Below, one piece after another: positions 48,861 through 60,959 of a DNA stretch of 64,000 nucleotides. The translations under genes were made by a program, and so were the position numbers. Under the pieces are notes generated by a model. That model worked only from the letters and a program-made list of their open reading frames with translations. It ran no database searches and was not told the DNA's origin. Source of the DNA: Eukaryota sp. TZLM1-RC. Taxonomy: Eukaryota > Protista > Metamonada: BaSk clade. The stretch covers positions 62,001 to 126,000 of the forward strand of contig JAUPSS010000001.1 in the NCBI GenBank assembly GCA_040285825.1. The letters are read 5' to 3'. Within the stretch, counting starts at the first letter, position 1; each line of letters starts with the position of its first letter.

Positions 48861-50947
48861 TCACAAAAACTCTCTACTACACAGATACTGAGGCCTTTCA
48901 TTGCCACTCATTCTAGCTTCAGCAATCGCAAACATATTCAGACAAGCCAAGTTATTTCTATTGAAAAGCTTTGTTGACCCGATGTTATTGAATTTGCAAC
49001 TCTAACTATTACAAGCTAATAAACCATGACATGTAATAACTGGAGAGAGTTCTGACCTTGTGAATCCCGACAAGCAAATTCTACTGCAATATTAAATCCA
49101 TTTGTGTGTATAATGTTGTTGAATTGTAAATTCTTTGTTTGAACATTGATTGGTTTAAACCGAGAATATTAGAACAAAAGTCAAATTGCTCAGGTGGTTT
49201 GAATTTCGTAATTTGGGCTAGTGTATTGACCATTTTTAATCTCTGATCAGGCAACAAATCGTCCATCAATCCTTGTCTAATAATTGTCCATATTGTTCTT
49301 GTATCAATGGGAAAATATCCAGCGCCTACAGTGCTTGAAACAGGAGAAATATGATAAGGTTTTTTCTCTACTGGAAATAAAATGGGCAATTGTAATTGCT
49401 TTTTTTGAGCAATCAATTATTTATTTAAACAAAAATGTTGAAAACTAAAAATCTATTTCCTCAAACTCCACATCTACCATTGACAATTTACCTTCAATGT
49501 TTTTTTCATAATATCTTCCTAGTGATAACAACGAGCTATGCTTCCCTTTAAAAATGGAAAATACAATTCTATTATGCCAAAAGGTTCGGTCAAATATTCT
49601 TCCAGTTCTATTTTTGACAAAAGTAGAGAAATCATCTAGAAATGATAAAGCAGTTTTACCCAAGGTTCCAAATAAAGAAAAAACAAAAGGACAAAGAAGG
49701 TATTGAGTATGTGAGTTGGAATTCACATTATTGATTTTTTCCGTGTACTTGATGATTTTTGCTTCTTCAGCTCTACGTAAAGGTAAATTATAAGATTGTG
49801 CTAGTTTTTCATTTGAGCTGTTTGATACATCAGTAGATCTGACATCAATAATAATCATTGATCCATCAAGTCCGGGTACTAGGCCATCACCACGGCTGTC
49901 ACCAAAAGAATTTTTGTCAGATTCATCAGCCAAATTTGAAAGCAAAGGTTCTAAAAAAGATTCAATCCGGTAGGACTTAAACATACAATAGAGCTGATCA
50001 CGAACTGCATTGTAATTGCTGGTTTTAGGAATATTTGAGGATCTTTTTCAACAGCGTCTGTAAGAATACGTATATCCACTGGAACTATATTATCAACTAA
50101 ATTCTCGTCAGTAACCAAATTCTCAATTTGGCAGGTAAATGGCTCAATAAGACCTTCAATTATGTCTCTAATTTCATTATTTCTTATATCATGTTGTTCA
50201 CATAAATCGTAAAATTCATCATTCAGAAGGTCTGAAATATTTTCAGGATGATGAAACAAAGAACTCAAGCAATCTCTATCATCAACTAAAAACAAGTTTT
50301 TGAATTGACGAAGCCTAAATCTAAATAGCGAAATAATAGTAGACAATGGCGTTGACTATCCACCCAGCTTGTGCATTTCTGATAACACTATTTGCACATC
50401 TACTTTGTCAAAGTAAACATTAATAAAACGATAAATATGTTTTTCATCACTGAGTTTCAAATTGTTTTCGAAATTGGTAAACATTACTGGGGCCATATAC
50501 TGAGGTGGTCTACTGAATCCATCAGTTGAAAATCGTGGAAAAAACTCAGGTCTTTGTCTCAAATGGTCTACATAACTCAATGTTTTGTTCAAATTTTGTC
50601 GTTCAAAGTTGGTCGTTAATCTATAATCTTCTTCACCCTAAACAAAATTGTCAAAGTCCTGTTACAATGCACTGTTTGGTTTCACCATTTCTTGCCCATA
50701 ATACTCAGCTGAATTATAACGAATACTGGCCATTAATGATTTATATAATTGGGCAGATATTCGGTGGTACAAAATTACGTTCAAAACAAGACAGTAAATA
50801 CGGCTTTTAGCACCAAGTGGAGTGAATACGTAACTGTTGAAATTTTAAGGCAGTTTCTCTCAATTTGAATATCACATTTGAATGTTTAACCATTGAGTTG
50901 ACGGTTGCTCGAATGGTTTTATAAGATGATAAAAGAAATTTGTCTTT
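48861..50947 (-). pseudogene. Fanzor relic F4: N-terminal/REC/WED and C-terminus kept, RuvC-I/II deleted, CRE inserted
   Basis: YKTIRATVNSMVKH..LRIHSTWC*KPYLL, YMAPVMFTNFENNLK..YRFIN, DPQIFLKP, YHISP..FPIDT, IIHTNG, CHGLLAC..FNRNNLACLNM..RPQYL. Confidence 0.8.
49401..50009 (-). mobile_element. CRE-like retrotransposon 3' part (family E) inserted in Fanzor F4
   Basis: RGDGLV..IDV..AEEAKIIKY; short A tail; TSD TTGTAATTGCT at 49390-49400 and 50010-50020. Confidence 0.9.
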
Positions 50948-52621
50948 CTAAAACAGCACAAAAAGTTTCAGACAAAGGAAACAATCATGAAGCCCATATT
51001 GAATCGAATATTGTATCAGAGGAGAAGTAGCTAAACAATCAATTGCAAAAATATGGGAAAATTCCCTGTGAAGTTTGATTCTCTTTTCATTTATCATTAT
51101 ATATGCTAGATTGTGTAATCCATGTCCGTAGGGTATTTTAATTTTTTTGGCAAAAACCAAAATATCTAAAAGAAAAATGCCATTTTCCTTGATGACAACT
51201 TCTTTCCATCTCGGTGAAAGTTGATTGAATACATCAATTGCTGTATCATCTCCAACAGTGGGAAATGGTAAATCAAAATAATTTAATCTATTTTTCAAAA
51301 CCTGTATATCAAACTGCATTAGGTTGTGATTAAGAAAACAATGAGGTTGATGATCACCAATCAGATTTAAGAACCTACGAAGCAAGGTTTTTCGTCAGAG
51401 AAAATTTCTGCCTGAATATCCAAGTCAATGTCTGGTAATTTGATTTGAGGACTCATTCTCAATGAGGTGAATATTTACTCTCCAAAAAAATTATGGCGAT
51501 CAAACTTATCACTAACAATCGAAATTAGAAACACTATTTGATCAGAAATCCACTCACCCATTTGCTCATCAGTTTTCCTTTTCACAAGAGTTGCACCCTC
51601 TTTTCTCTTTTTTTTGATAATCTCGTCAGGAGGCAGAAATTGGTCATCCTGATTTTGGTAAAGATAACCATCCTGATAGGTTTCAAGGTTAAAGCACATA
51701 ACAGTGGGAAAATTTTGATTTGAGGTCATTGGTTTCAATTTAATCAAAGCATCAGGCTTGAAGCCACTAAGACTTTGCTCAATTTGTCTGGTCATACGCG
51801 GTTTCAATGTTTTTTTAGTCAAAATCTTCCTGTTCTCGATATTCATCATTGTATTTTCAATACAAATTTCTCGGTTCAGTGTTTTTTGTTGTTTTTTTCG
51901 CTCACGCTTTGATGTTTGTTGGTCAAAAATGGCAATTCTAATAATTTTTGATGGAGGAGATGATTTTAAATTGAATCTTCTCTTTCTGAGACCAAGATTT
52001 ATTTGAACATCTCCATTTATTGTGAAATCAACAGTAAATGGGTTTGTTGATAGAAGATGTTGGCTGCTACTGGATTGAAAAGATAAAGTATAAAAATAAT
52101 AATCAAACTCAACATTATTGAAATAGCAATTTAAGACACAACATGCCGTATCTGAAGTGCAAGAATCTAAACCACAAAGATGATCAAACTCATAAACATC
52201 AAAACAACAATGTAAAACAAAACATATACAAAAACATCCCCCATCTAACAGTAAAAGTACGTAAACCGCAAAATACAACAAACTGAAAAACATCAAGACA
52301 ACAATTTAAAACAAAACACAAAGAAGAAGAACATCCCATATCCAAGGTGATTATCACCATGGCTGATTCAACAGCACCCACATCATGACTCACATGATGA
52401 CTGAAAAAAGTGCAATACTCTAGCCCCACGGAAGAATCAAAACGACGATTCCGATATGAAATCGAGGCTCTGACTTTCCGTTTATTCCTGTTCAGCAGGA
52501 TTACTGTTCCTGACTGAGGAGTTCGGGAGGAAGTACTCTGCTGTTCTGTGAAGAACAGGTTGAAGGAGGAGGTGGGAACCGGGTCCGTAACCTCGTTATC
52601 CTTTTTCTCGTTTTGCTGCAT
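50948..52621 (-). pseudogene. Decayed region with Cys-rich repeats, a basic NLS-like tract and a PolB-type 3'-5' exonuclease domain
   Basis: ExoI-like VMCFNLET (51679-51702), DQIVFLIS, EIFSDEK.LLRRFLNLI, ExoII HNLMQFD (51308-51328), GIFLLD, ExoIII YGLHD (50984-50998). Confidence 0.7.
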
Positions 52622-52736
52622 GATGTTGGAAGAATGGGAAGAGTCAAGATAATCTCGCTGTCTGACACGCTGTCTGACATGCTGATTGCAATTTCAAATT
52701 GATTGCTAATTTCCACAATTTATGTGGAGTTGATCC

Positions 52737-55391
52737 ATGCCTGCTTCCAATGTTGTGGCCACTCACAGTGGTTATGTTGTCGTTTATGATACCAGCATCT
52801 TCTTTTTTGAATCCTCCACCCAACAATATTACCCCCTACTTTCCAATGTCACTCCACCTATCAGATTCGACTCACTTGGTCAAATCATTTTCTCACCTTC
52901 TTCGACCAAACTTCACATCTTCTCTGCAACTTCTAGCCCCCAACTTAGATGCATCCACCTCCCCTTCACTATCATCAACGCTTGTATTTCCAATGAGTAC
53001 CTTGTTCTTGCTCCATCAGATTTCAGTACCTCTAATCTTGCTTGTCTATATGCTTCCCCCCTTTCGTCTATTACTTCTGGTCGCTTTGACCCTTCGTTAG
53101 CTTGGGCTCTCCACGACTCTCGCACTTTCACCTCTCTTCTTCCACTGCCTCTTTCCTCTCCCCACATGTTTGGTTATATTCTTTGCAGTGACAACAGAGG
53201 TAGAGTGTTGTTGTTGGTAGATGGGGTGGTGGTAACCATTCTAAGAGGGAAAAGGAACGCCTGTCTGGGCCTCTTTGACCGATTTTGTTGGATTTATTCC
53301 CCGAAACTGGGGGTATTTGAATATTTCAGCACGCTTGATTTGAAGCATAATTGTTTCCTCTTGTCAATAGGAGATCTAAATTCCATTAATAGTGTTAAGA
53401 ATTTGAATTTTATTGACAGTCATCACTTCTTGGAATCTCAAGGTCAAGTGAAACACATTGGGTCAATATTAAAGCTCAATAATCAAAAATTCAATGACTT
53501 TCAAGGAAATTTCTTGACCAGTATTGAAAATTCTTTGTCTTTTATAATCGAACCTTCTGACACAGAAAAAGTTCAAAAAGGGATTGAAATATTGGGAAAA
53601 TTTGAAAGAGAAGCTTTTGGTAGTCAATTAATAACTTTAAAGAAGTTGAAAAATTGCCTTTCCCTCTACTTTTCTCTTTCTCAATCGTTATATTGTGTGG
53701 AACACCGTGGAGAAAAAATTTCAATCTTATCACGTGTTCGCTCAAAATTGAAACGTTCAATTTCGATTAATGACATTCTGGGACATCAATCGCCCAAAAA
53801 GTCACGTGATCGATCAAAAAGATGCTTGACTTTCTGGAACTTTTCTCAATATTTACTCAATTTTGAGCCCAGTCAGATATTTATTGAATTTTATTCTCTA
53901 TTCCATCTCTTAATTACCTCAAATACCCCCGGGTTTATAATAAAGGATGTGGTTGATGGCCTTTATTTTGTGTTTGAGTCTAATTTGAGCAATATTTGTG
54001 ACTTTTTGCTAAATTTATTCAAATCAATTCAATTAGAAACTATATTATCAATTGATCTAAGGCAAGTTGCCTTTTTTGTTTCTGAATTATTGACTGTTAC
54101 CAAAAATAGACCTAATCAACCTTCCTTAAATTCGCTCATTTTTGATAGATTATCTCAAGTTTCCGATTTTAATGAATTAGTTTCCTTTTTCCCGGTTGCC
54201 TTTAGTCTCGAAGGTCATGAACTTCTATACCATTGTTTTTCAGATTCTCTTATTCTTGCAATTTCAACAGAAAGGTTCAAAATTGCTGTAAGTTTTGAAC
54301 TTATTTCTCCTAAACAACTATTAATCAAAGGTACTGTTAACTGTGTAGCAGCTGTCTTTGTAAGTCAATATGGTGACGTAATTGGTGACGTCACCAGCTC
54401 AAAAATCTCCAAGTTATTCTATGGTTTATCAGTCAATCCTAATTATGTTGAATTTATTCAAATTTGCGCCTTTGAATCAATTCAATTTTCAGAAAATAAC
54501 GTTATTAATCCCAACTGCTTTGCTTTTTTGAAATTACAATTTAATAATAATTTAAGTGATTTTAATCCACAATTATTGAAGTTATATCAAGATCAAATTG
54601 ATAAAATTGGCGATTTAGTTTTCAATTCTTTTCCTTTATCCCTAAATGTTAATTTTTTGCTGTGTCACCATCAGTTTTATTCATTTTTGCATAAATATCC
54701 GGTTATTTTTGATCTCAAAAATCTCAATTTGGTTTTTAATTCGAAAGAATTTGTCAAGAGTTTTGAATTTAAAAGTTCTCTATTATCTCGATCTTTTCTT
54801 TTGTCTTTTATCTATTTATCTTTTTGTTGTGGCAAGTTGACCTTATCTGATTTAATTGATTCCCAGATCATAGGTGATTGTCAGTTAATAACCCCTGAGA
54901 ACCAGTTCGATTCAATCAAAGTTGTTCGATTAATGACACTTTTTTTAGTTCCTCCCATCATTATTCACAGAATTGCCTTAAATTTTTTCAAAATACCTAA
55001 TTACCTTGCCATTATAGCTGATTCTTTATCATGTCTTTTAAACGTAGCTAGTCAATACTTTGATCGCAATCTTTTCAATTTTGTGTCAGAATTCAAATCA
55101 ATTACTCCAATTAATTGTTTTTTTGATTGTTTTCTGGAAGAATCTCGACATAGAATCTCAATTATTCTTCAGCAATCAAATTACTCACTCCCCTTATTGC
55201 TCTCCAAGTGTGACCTAAGTCGTTCAGATGCATTATGGTTGTTAACTGTTAATGGTGAATCACAGTCAGAGGTTTCCGATATTGATTGCAGTTCTGTTCA
55301 TTCTTTGATTAGTTTCCTAAAAGGCCACGGTTTTAAAGAACCTCGAATCTATTCAGTTGAATCTGTATTGCACATGCTTTTAAATAGTTGA
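52737..55391 (+). CDS. RAB3GAP2: Rab3 GTPase-activating protein regulatory subunit-like
   Basis: LHDSR, SDNRGRVLL..ILRGKRNA, IYSPKLGVFE resemble the RAB3GAP2 N-terminal motifs. Confidence 0.7.
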   Translation: MPASNVVATHSGYVVVYDTSIFFFESSTQQYYPLLSNVTPPIRFDSLGQIIFSPSSTKLHIFSATSSPQLRCIHLPFTIINACISNEYLVLAPSDFSTSNLACLYASPLSSITSGRFDPSLAWALHDSRTFTSLLPLPLSSPHMFGYILCSDNRGRVLLLVDGVVVTILRGKRNACLGLFDRFCWIYSPKLGVFEYFSTLDLKHNCFLLSIGDLNSINSVKNLNFIDSHHFLESQGQVKHIGSILKLNNQKFNDFQGNFLTSIENSLSFIIEPSDTEKVQKGIEILGKFEREAFGSQLITLKKLKNCLSLYFSLSQSLYCVEHRGEKISILSRVRSKLKRSISINDILGHQSPKKSRDRSKRCLTFWNFSQYLLNFEPSQIFIEFYSLFHLLITSNTPGFIIKDVVDGLYFVFESNLSNICDFLLNLFKSIQLETILSIDLRQVAFFVSELLTVTKNRPNQPSLNSLIFDRLSQVSDFNELVSFFPVAFSLEGHELLYHCFSDSLILAISTERFKIAVSFELISPKQLLIKGTVNCVAAVFVSQYGDVIGDVTSSKISKLFYGLSVNPNYVEFIQICAFESIQFSENNVINPNCFAFLKLQFNNNLSDFNPQLLKLYQDQIDKIGDLVFNSFPLSLNVNFLLCHHQFYSFLHKYPVIFDLKNLNLVFNSKEFVKSFEFKSSLLSRSFLLSFIYLSFCCGKLTLSDLIDSQIIGDCQLITPENQFDSIKVVRLMTLFLVPPIIIHRIALNFFKIPNYLAIIADSLSCLLNVASQYFDRNLFNFVSEFKSITPINCFFDCFLEESRHRISIILQQSNYSLPLLLSKCDLSRSDALWLLTVNGESQSEVSDIDCSSVHSLISFLKGHGFKEPRIYSVESVLHMLLNS

Positions 55392-55435
55392 AATTTGTAA
55401 ATAAAAAATAATAAAATACATATTTTACAAAATAA

Positions 55436-55885
55436 CTAAATATATTTCTTTTTAAAATCATTCAACAGTTGTTCCTTTTTCAATGCCTCTTCTTTGTTCA
55501 CCTTTGGAATGGCACATGTGTCAAAGGTCTCTAACTGTGAACTTTCCCAACCATATTGCATTGACGTTAGGAAAGGATAACAAGTTTTTTGGCAAGGTTT
55601 AAGAGACCTCATTCGCATACAATCTACACGACTCAACTTATCTGATGGCTTAGCATTATCAATGGGACGAGGGGGGAAGGTCCCTGTTTTGAGAAGATCT
55701 GGAGTGACGGAACGGCATCTGTTGGTACCAAAATACTGTTCAACAAGTGGGGCATATGTTTTGTTAAAGTGGTCAACAGCCTGAGATTCAGATTTGATGC
55801 GCTCTCGCCATATTTCATTATCGTGAACAATATTCTTTGGTTCTGTTGGAGTTTGTGCTTTTGAGTTGGAGGGTGCAGAAGACAT
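55436..55885 (-). CDS. Probable ciliary microtubule inner protein (C20orf85/FAM183-like)
   Basis: VHDNEIWRERIKSES and YPFLTSMQYGW motifs. Confidence 0.55.
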   Translation of the reverse strand: MSSAPSNSKAQTPTEPKNIVHDNEIWRERIKSESQAVDHFNKTYAPLVEQYFGTNRCRSVTPDLLKTGTFPPRPIDNAKPSDKLSRVDCMRMRSLKPCQKTCYPFLTSMQYGWESSQLETFDTCAIPKVNKEEALKKEQLLNDFKKKYI

Positions 55886-57029
55886 GAGCTAATAGCAAAA
55901 GAGTGCCAAAACAGTAATGAATTTATGTATATAAATTCCCCAAGTTGTCCACACACCCCCATTCTTGTGTACCTAGTGCTGTACTGTAATAGTAGTAGTA
56001 AAGCACTGTTAGTAGAAGCAAAGTTTTTTGAAATCAGAAGACTTGACCTTCATGACATGTCATCCAACATCACTATTTTTCAAACTTTCTTCCCTTGCCT
56101 TACCCTTACATGATAGGAGAGAAGAGTTGAACTCCATGGGTATTAATTGTCAATGTCCACGATGCATTGTTTAAGAAGCTGTTAGAATTAAAAATATTTG
56201 TTTTGGGGAGAATCAAACAAGAAGAGTTACAAACGAATCTAGGAAATATTTAAAATAAATTGTGTTGAATTATCTAAACTTTTTTTTGAAACATTTTAAT
56301 TCATTGTGGTAATATTGTTTAATCTTTTGTTTTTCCACAAAACTAATCTCAACATAAACAATTTAAAACTGCACCATTGAGTGTGCAAACAATTTATGAT
56401 ATCGAAATTTAAACAGAATGACATGGTTACGTGCTTCCTTGTCAAACAACATGGACGTTGATTCATGTGTGGAAAACAGTGTCGTCGAGGTAATATTAGC
56501 AGAACTCAAAGTTTGCACCAATATGGAACGGTACCTACAGCCTCTTACTGAACCCGAAGGACATGTTCAAGTTATACGTTCCATATTGATCCAGGCTTTG
56601 AGCTCGACTGTTATGGCTTCGACAATGATGATCTTAATGATGATTTTCATATGAATGATTGAGGTGCTGTTATATTATGTGCATTAGATGCAACCTTTAT
56701 ATAAGAGGATATATTGTCTGTTGCCCCTTGAAAGGTTAGTCAATTCTGTAGCTCATAACCAGCTTTCATTTTGTTTAAATTTGAGTAAAATGGACCTTCG
56801 TTAACATAGTTTACATGGGAAATAAATGATTACGAAACAGCTACAATGAAAATGTAGCATTAAAATCAACTAATCTATTGAATATAAAATGTTCTGATTA
56901 CTTGTTATTCCTTTTTATTATTATTATTCTTATTTAATCCATTTATTTGCTTTAAGATAATGGTGAAATAGACTATAATTTTCCAAAAACAATAAACAAA
57001 TTTATAAACATAAATAACTATTCCCTAGC

Positions 57030-58310
57030 CTATTGTTCCCATGCAAACTTATAGTCCAAGGTGAACAAATCACGCATCTTCACCATGTGATTCTGGAGAG
57101 CTGGAGGGACTAAAGTTCCACCAACTTCCATACGACGTTGCCTGGCAATGTGTTCCTTTTCACCAGGGGTATAGATACGTTTACATCCAGGAGCTTTGGC
57201 AGATGCACGAATTTCACGAAGCATATCACCTACTTGCTTCTTGAAATCATTAAGATCTCTAAAAGATTCTGGGTTGATACATACAAAGAAGTGGCCAAGC
57301 TCGATAGGACAGGGTTGTCCGTCCTTCTTTCCCATAAGCATACGCATGAAGTTTCCTTGTTGGAGGCATGAAGACATGATTTCTACAATAAGAGCATATC
57401 CATATCCCTTATAACCAGCACCAAGTTCTCCAATACCACCAAGAGGAGCAAGAGCAGCTGCTTGCTTTGTGAGATCTACCAAAACATTGGATGTGTCTGT
57501 ACGAGTAGTACCTTCACGACCAATGACCCATCCTTCGGGAAGATCTTTGCCTAAACGATCATACATTTCGATTTTGCCGCGGTGAGAAATAGATGTAGCT
57601 GCATCATGAACAAATGAAAATTCTTCGTCCGAAGGAATACCGAAGGTCAGAGGATTAGTACCGAGCATATTGTCAACACCAAATGTTGGGGCAATAGAAG
57701 GACTGTTGTGAGCAAGTGGTGAGATAACTTACCGAGCATTGGTACCGGTCATCATTATAATGCCTTGATCAGCTGCACGGCGAGCATAGTATCCAGCAAT
57801 TCCAAAATGAGTAGAGTTGCGGCAAACGGTCATTCCAAGACCATGTTTTTTGGCCTTTTCGATTGCCATATCACAAGCACGTTGAGCAATAACATGACCC
57901 ACTGAAGTCAGAAAGTCCAAATTTGAACATACTGCCATTGTGACCGTCGATAACAGCGGTAGTATCTGTTTCACGAACAACTTCCACATTCGTTTCAGCA
58001 TTTTGGGTACCGTTCTGGAGACGGCTGACATATATGGGCCACAAACGACCAATTCCATGACTGTCAATTCCAGTTTTATCAGCCTCAATAAGAACTTCTG
58101 TACAAATTTTGGCATCTTCTGAAGGAACACCAGCAGCAACAAACACATCATACATGAACTTTTCAAGAGTTTCGAAATATGAGATAAATAAACAAGGAGA
58201 ACGAGCATACCAACAAGAACGGAGCCAGGATCGACGCTGTTCATGTAAGCACCAGGTTGATGTTCAAGACCACTGAGAGCATCGGGAAATTGATCAACTA
58301 CAGATGACAT
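57030..58310 (-). CDS. Ldh_2-family malate/L-lactate dehydrogenase; introns 58179-58210, 57902-57932, 57703-57732
   Basis: GIDSHG, DGHNG|MGH, RNSTHFGIAGYY, NAR|PSIAPTFG, GTNPL, GYKGYG, IYTPGEKE. Confidence 0.92.
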
Positions 58311-58499
58311 GTTTGAATGAAACAAAGATGAGTAGATGGATTGAAATTGAATTGTGATGATATCAAAAAGTTCAAAATTGTTGATTTTAAATGACTAGAC
58401 ATAGACTAAACAACTAATGACTTCCTCAAAGGAGAGGAAGTTCGAACTACAATTTGAAACACCTTTTGAATAAGAGCAAATTTCTCAACCATTTTATCA

Positions 58500-60030
58500 C
58501 AAGCAGTATACACTCTGAAACAATTCAATTGATCCAGAGATTTATGCTAAAAGACGGTTGTCGTTTGAACATAAACTCATCAAATTCATTCAATTATAAG
58601 CTTGTTTCAGGATCTACGCCTCGTTTTAAAGAAATGGCAAAACCATTAAATCTCAAAGTTATACTGATTCAGTTATTCATTAGGTGTCTCGACCTCAATC
58701 AATACATGAACATCATCTCTTGACTTCAACAATGCTTCCAATTCAGTGAAGCGACAGTAATGGTTTATGTAATAAAATCTGATTTTCCTGAGCTTTCCAA
58801 TTTTTTCTATTACATTTATGGTCAAACGTTAGAGTTGAATTTTAATTCATTTGCTTCAAAATCATATTTTGGTGATAAGAAGGTGAGCCTTTATGCCCTC
58901 TGATAATTTGTTTAGCTATTTACAAAAATTTTAGATATCATCAAGCAGAAGTACCCTTGTTTCAAAACAGTTGCTTATATGGATAACATTTGCCTTATTC
59001 GTTCATTTGATTTGCTGCAATTTGTAGTTCAAGAAATTGCTGTTTCATATGAAAATATTGGGCTTTGTCTCAATGCGAGCACATCCCTTTTCATTGCCCA
59101 TTCTGCTAAAGACCTTGTGATTAATGAACCTGCTGTATCTGTTACTAACTACAATCGTGTAAAATACTATCATTTTATTACATTCACCATTCTATCATTC
59201 GTTCATTTGACCTACTAGCGGCTACTTTGACTGATATGTCAGCTTTTGTTGCACCAAAAACAGAGAGCTTCCACCCTATCTTCTTTACATTCATACGACG
59301 TCCGCTACTCTGAAAGAGTCTTCTCGGATGTAAGTCATTGCATTACTTTCAAAAGAGGTTCATTGAATGACAAGTGGGTTCAAGCAATTTTGTGCTTGAA
59401 GGCTTACAGTTTCTTTCTCAAAGAATTCAACTAGTTATTTTAGAACGTAAGATGGTGGGAGTAAGTGAACCAAATAGAGAAAATTCAAATGGTTAGATAT
59501 TGTATTTTACATGCCGTTGGGTAGACAGTTTGGATAAAAGTTCATATATTTTTTTGACTTTTAATTTTCTATTTTTTACTTGAAACCATTACAATTAAGA
59601 TAAGAAAATTTGTCCAGTGATATTGGGATTCAGTATTTTCGTGAAAATGTTCATGAAGATGCAAGTCGATCACTGCCTGATTTGCGTTTTTGTTCAAAAA
59701 ATCCAGTACCATTATGTTATATTGTGTGACAGCTTGGATTATCAAATAAGACTGGCTTGGCCAAAACTAAAGATCCCGCTTTCAAACAATTTTAAAAGAC
59801 ATTCAAAATTGTTCTGCTGCTGCTTTTGTAACTCAAATTCCCTCTAATTATGGACTTCTGTTAGTCTTGAATAGTATTTATAGTTTAATTATATAGTTTA
59901 TTAGTATTCCGCCTATTAGTAGAAGAAGAGAGAATACAATTCCACTTCGTAATAAATCTCATTACATTTATAGTGTTTACTGACAGAACAGGATTGTATT
60001 TTCTGTATTTAAGGGAATTGTGAAATCAAT
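58500..60030. mobile_element. Old CRE-like RT/RLE fragments
   Basis: AYMDN..ENIGLCLN (58970-59075); RLE-tail fragments at 59430-59570 and 59973-60030. Confidence 0.6.
59859..59972 (+). repeat. Solo copy of the 114-bp LTR-like repeat
   Basis: Matches 2687-2800 end to end; no TSD visible. Confidence 0.75.
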
Positions 60031-60959
60031 ATTTTATTCACTTCCTTCCTTTTGTCGATTTCCTGAACCTTTATCAATAAACTGGTTCGGTGTGTGAGAG
60101 GCAGGTTTTGAGGATGAGGAGCTTTAGTTGTGTATTTGATATTTTTATTTTAATTCGATGTTTATTCAAAATCTATTTATTAAAAATCTAATGTTGTGGA
60201 AGGACCACAAGATTTCATACTCTGGGTTAATCTGCCTGTAAAATTCTAACAAAATATAACAAATTCTATGTTTTCTACAAACTCTAAATACTTGCTTAAC
60301 ACCACAAGATAATGCTAAATGAAATCAATTAAGAAATGAGTCTGGGTCTTCATTATAACACTGATAGAAAAAATAGTAAAATATATTATACTACTGAGTG
60401 AACTGGATATAATTAATCAATCATCAAACAATAGTTGTTACAATTGGATTCATCTTTAAAGAGTCGAAAAATGTTGAAAAAGTCAATTAAGAAGAGGAAG
60501 AGCAAACAGCTATACACGAAACCGCAAGTGCTCAGTGAAAGTAGTTTTTCGGTCAAATTCGTGTCAATGACAATAATAAAATGATAAAATTATCATTGAT
60601 AATTCAATTTTCAAAAACGTTACATAAGTTAGTATTAACTTTCTACAAATCAAAAAAAATAAGTGAATGCTTTCCCGTTTTCCATAACCGGAAGACAAGC
60701 AGTAGAAGCAGGAATTGTTTTTGAATCATTTCCAAAGATTGGTTCAAACAAAAATAATGAATAATATAATAACAATAATGAAGTGTTTTGATATCTTTAC
60801 TAGTGCATTAGTTCAGACAAGGGTCCCTCATGAGTAAAACTCTTGGGTAGTTTGTTAGGATGGGCAAAGTTGAAAACTAACAATAACTATTGTAAATAAA
60901 ATGTATTCTCAATAATCTAAAAAAACTTAAAAAAACAATAACTACAATACAAATGCTTT

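Noticed and set aside
50948-51730. Host or viral DNA polymerase B gene
   Set aside because: No polymerase motifs follow; the downstream frame is Fanzor-like.
56418-56654. 78-aa ORF in an intergenic region
   Set aside because: No recognisable motif.
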